64,000 nucleotides of DNA from an uncultured Acidobacteriota bacterium (lineage in GTDB: Bacteria; Acidobacteriota; Thermoanaerobaculia; Gp7-AA8), in the NCBI GenBank assembly GCA_963734155.1, contig CAVTGG010000004.1, positions 323,983 through 387,982 on the forward strand. Direction: 5' to 3'. Positions 61,195-64,000 of the stretch are shown here, one piece after another (position 1 is the first letter of the stretch; every line of letters starts with the position of its first letter). Made by a program: the position numbers and the translations under genes. The notes under the pieces are model-generated. The model saw only the letters and a list, made by a program, of their open reading frames with translations. It was not told the DNA's origin and did not search any database.

Positions 61195-61557
61195 ATGCCA
61201 GACATCGTCGCGCTTTACGATGAATTCGCGCCGCGGCTCTATGCGGTCGCCCTTCGCATCACCGGCGACGAGCAAATCGCCGCCGATGTGCTCGAGGATG
61301 TCTTCACGTTCCCGCCCGTCCCAACGGACCTCGGCGGGCTGGTTCGGGCGGTCCGGGAAAAATCTTTGGGGTGGGAAAACCGATCGAGCGTCCGGTCCGT
61401 AGTGTCAGGCGGCGAAGCTCCGACTCCGCGCCGGCTCGTCGAGGCGGCGTTTTTCGAAGGGCAATCCCTCGGGGAACTTTCGAAAACGTTTTCACTCGAC
61501 GAAAAGACGGTCCGGGTTATGCTTCGTCAAGGTCTGGACGAGTTGAAGAAATCATGA
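61195..61557 (+). CDS. Short ECF-sigma-like protein (region 2 and region 4 recognisable, unusually short linker)
   Basis: YDEFAPRLYAVALRITGDEQIAADVLEDVF (sigma region 2-like) and QSLGELSKTFSLDEKTVRVMLRQGLDELKK (region 4 HTH). 120 aa. Confidence 0.45.
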   Translation: MPDIVALYDEFAPRLYAVALRITGDEQIAADVLEDVFTFPPVPTDLGGLVRAVREKSLGWENRSSVRSVVSGGEAPTPRRLVEAAFFEGQSLGELSKTFSLDEKTVRVMLRQGLDELKKS

Positions 61558-62087
61558 GCGACGCATTCACCCGAGACGAACTGGCGCTGCTGGATCAGAT
61601 CACCGCCGAGACGATCGAGCCGATCGCTCCGCCGCCCATGGTCCGCGCGCGCATCCTCGAGGCCGCGCGCCGCACCCCGCAGCTCGACGAGTCGCTCCCC
61701 GGCGAGCACGAGAGCCGCACCGTCCGCTCCGACGAAGGCAACTGGCGCTCCTGCGTTCCCGGCGTCCGGACGAAGAAACTGTCGAAAGATCCAGTCCGCG
61801 GCACAGCCACGCTCCTCCTCGAGCTCGAGCCGCGCGCCATCCTCCCCGCCCACGATCACGAAGGATCGGAAGACTCGTACGTGATCCGCGGCAGCTGCCG
61901 CATCGGCGCCGTCGCGCTTTACGCCGGCGACTTCCATCACGTCGACTCTGGCGCCCATCACGGCGATGTGGTTTCGTCGGATGAGGGGTGCCTGCTTGCT
62001 GCTGACCGTGGATCTCGCGGACGTGGCGTAGCAGGCCACGAAAATCGCGTCCCCTGCCAGTCCATTAACGGCAGGAGACGCCCATGA
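61554..62087 (+). CDS. ChrR-like anti-sigma factor with C-terminal cupin domain
   Basis: ATG overlaps the upstream stop (ATGA). Cupin motifs PAHDHEGSEDSYVIRGSCRIG...GDFHHVDSGAHHG. Confidence 0.5.
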   Translation: MSDAFTRDELALLDQITAETIEPIAPPPMVRARILEAARRTPQLDESLPGEHESRTVRSDEGNWRSCVPGVRTKKLSKDPVRGTATLLLELEPRAILPAHDHEGSEDSYVIRGSCRIGAVALYAGDFHHVDSGAHHGDVVSSDEGCLLAADRGSRGRGVAGHENRVPCQSINGRRRP

Positions 62088-64000
62088 TCCGCAGAAGCAT
62101 CCCCTTTTTCTTCCTGACGATTCTGTTCGCGCTGCACGCCGCGGGAGCGACGATGCAGTGGTCCTTCACGCATCCGCGGCCGGCGAAAGAAGACTGGCTG
62201 TTCGCAATCGTTCCGACCTCCGACGGCGGCTATCTCGCCAGCGGGTACACGACGAAGGCCATCAACGCGACGGATACGCGCAGGCGCGGCACGATCCTGA
62301 AACTCGATGCGCGGCGCAATGTGCAATGGGAGAGCGTCACTCCCGACCCGAGCCCGCTGACCGAGAAGCAATCTCGTGCGCGGCGTGCTCGAGACCTCGA
62401 CGGCGTATGTCGGTGCAGGTGAGCGCAATCAGTCGGTACGCGTCGTCTCGATCGACAAAACCAATCCGGCGAATGTGAAGGAGGTCCTCTTCTCTCTCGC
62501 CTCTCTCGGTCTCGACGGTCGGCTCGATGTGTATTGGATCGTGCACGTCGAGCCCGCGGGCGGCTATGCAGTCCTCGGCCGCACTCGCCCGCTGCCGTCT
62601 CCGCCGCCCGGCGCGAGTCCCGGCACTGCATTCCTTCTCCGCCTCGATGAGCAGTTCCAGAAGATGGCGACGTTCGGCAACAGCGGCGTTGCCTACCTGA
62701 GTCACAACGGCCTGGCCACGTCACAAACACGATGCGAGCGGGTGCGGGTGACGTACAACGCCAACGGCGCGTTCTCCGGATTCGTCGTCGCCGGCGCCAT
62801 CCCACGAGCTCCGGGCAGCAGTCTCCAGGACATGTTCATCGAGACGCTCGATACCGTTGGAAAACGCATCGCATCGAAAACCCTCTCCATCACGGATCTT
62901 GACGCGATCGGGATGCCGCCGCTGACGCTGCGCACGAGCCTTTGTCCGCTGGACGTGCCGTCTCTCGAGACGACCAACGCGATCGCGTTCGATGTCGCCC
63001 AGGTTCCGGGCAGCGCCGAACGAATTCATCGTCGCCGCACAGCTGAATGCCTCCGGACACTTCGGTCAAAGCGGCTGCACCAACACGCGCCTGGACGGCG
63101 GCATCGGCTACACCGATCTCACCGCGGCGATGGTGCGTCTCGATTCGAAACTCGATCCGCTTTGGGCGAAGGAGCTCGGCCGGTTCAGCGGCATCGATTT
63201 TCAGACGCCGCTGGTGCCGGTCGACGGCGGATTCCTCGTCGTCGGAAACGCGGCGGACAACGCGAACAACAAGGTCTACGTCCGCGTGATCAAGACGAAT
63301 CTGTCGGGCAAAGTGCAATCGTACGTCCGACCATCTGATCGGCGGCGACCTGAACGACTGCCCGTTCGCGGCGGCGCTTTCATTCGACGATGGCCTGCTC
63401 ATCGCCGGCAACAACGAAAAGAACGACCACGACTTCTTCATCATGAAGCTCGACGCCGCGCGCGATCTCTGGGTGCAGGACACGAAGAAGGATCTCGGGA
63501 CGGAGCCGAACAACTCCGGCGATGACCTCTGGATCAGCGAAGACATCTGGGTCAAGAACGACCAGCTCGCCTATCCGTACAGCGACGATGCGCACGAGAA
63601 TCCGCGCTATCGCAATCCCGCACTGCAACTCCCGAATTACGTTTACGTGCGCGTGCGCAATCGCGGCACCGAGCCGGCAAGCGGCGCGGTGACGGTGAAT
63701 TTCGCAAAGGCTTCAACAGGCCTCGGCTGGCCCCACGATTGGGATGGCAGCCAATTGTGCTGCGGCGTGAAATGCAGCGGCCGGATCGGAACGGCCAACG
63801 TCGTCAATCTCAAGCCCGGCCAGGAGGAGGTGGTCGAGCTGCCGTGGTATCCGCCCGATCCCACGAAGTTCGTGACCGTGACCAAACAATGCGGCGACGT
63901 CAACGAGCAGGGGCACTTTTGCCTCCTCGCGCGCATCGAGACCGCGACGGCCGCACCGTTCGGCATGACGTTTCCGGAGACGCCGATCGTCGCCACGAAT
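62084..64000 (+). pseudogene. Secreted SBBP-repeat (beta-propeller) protein, 3'-truncated by the window edge, with at least three apparent frameshifts
   Basis: Signal peptide MIRRSIPFFFLTILFALHAAGA. Repeated SDGGYLASGYT/GGYAVLGRT/DGGFLVVGN ... KLDA motifs run through frames 2, 0, 1, 2 (ORFs 62084.., 62376.., 62992.., then an unlisted frame to the end). Confidence 0.5.

Overview
This is a high-GC (about 68-70%) bacterial chromosomal segment. Its gene content and repeat content suggest Acidobacteriota or a relative; that assignment is inference only. Most of the window is core metabolism. It holds (i) a purine/urate catabolism cluster (allantoinase, allantoicase, OHCU decarboxylase, HIU hydrolase, PuuD-like membrane protein, xdhB ... 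xdhA), (ii) a GlgE-pathway alpha-glucan module (glgE, treS-mak fusion), (iii) an arginine-biosynthesis operon argR-argC-argB-argD-argG-argH-argJ, (iv) ggt and an M20 dipeptidase, and (v) a 12.6-kb Alternative-Complex-III / caa3 cytochrome oxidase supercluster (actABCDEF, sco1, coxBACD). The most unusual feature is a 5-kb cell-surface-signalling cassette that sits, in opposite orientation, between xdhB and xdhA. It encodes an ECF sigma factor, a FecR-like anti-sigma factor, a TonB-dependent receptor with an STN signalling domain, and a periplasmic fusion of a c-type cytochrome with a PHM/DBH-like type-2 copper monooxygenase core. A second candidate system is a divergent pair of citrate-synthase-like genes, one fused to an N-terminal HTH, sharing a 50-bp intergenic region with two palindromes. 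The window also carries four families of structured palindromic intergenic repeats. Some copies extend coding sequences, supply stop codons, or sit in-frame inside genes. There are short G-quadruplex-prone C-rich inserts inside argH and actB, and an ARG-box-like palindrome overlapping the argR start. Many conserved genes show single-base frameshifts (allantoicase, uraD, treS, mutS-like, actC, an astacin gene and others), which points to indel errors in the assembly and/or real pseudogenes. I found no CRISPR array, rRNA gene, convincing tRNA gene or transposase.
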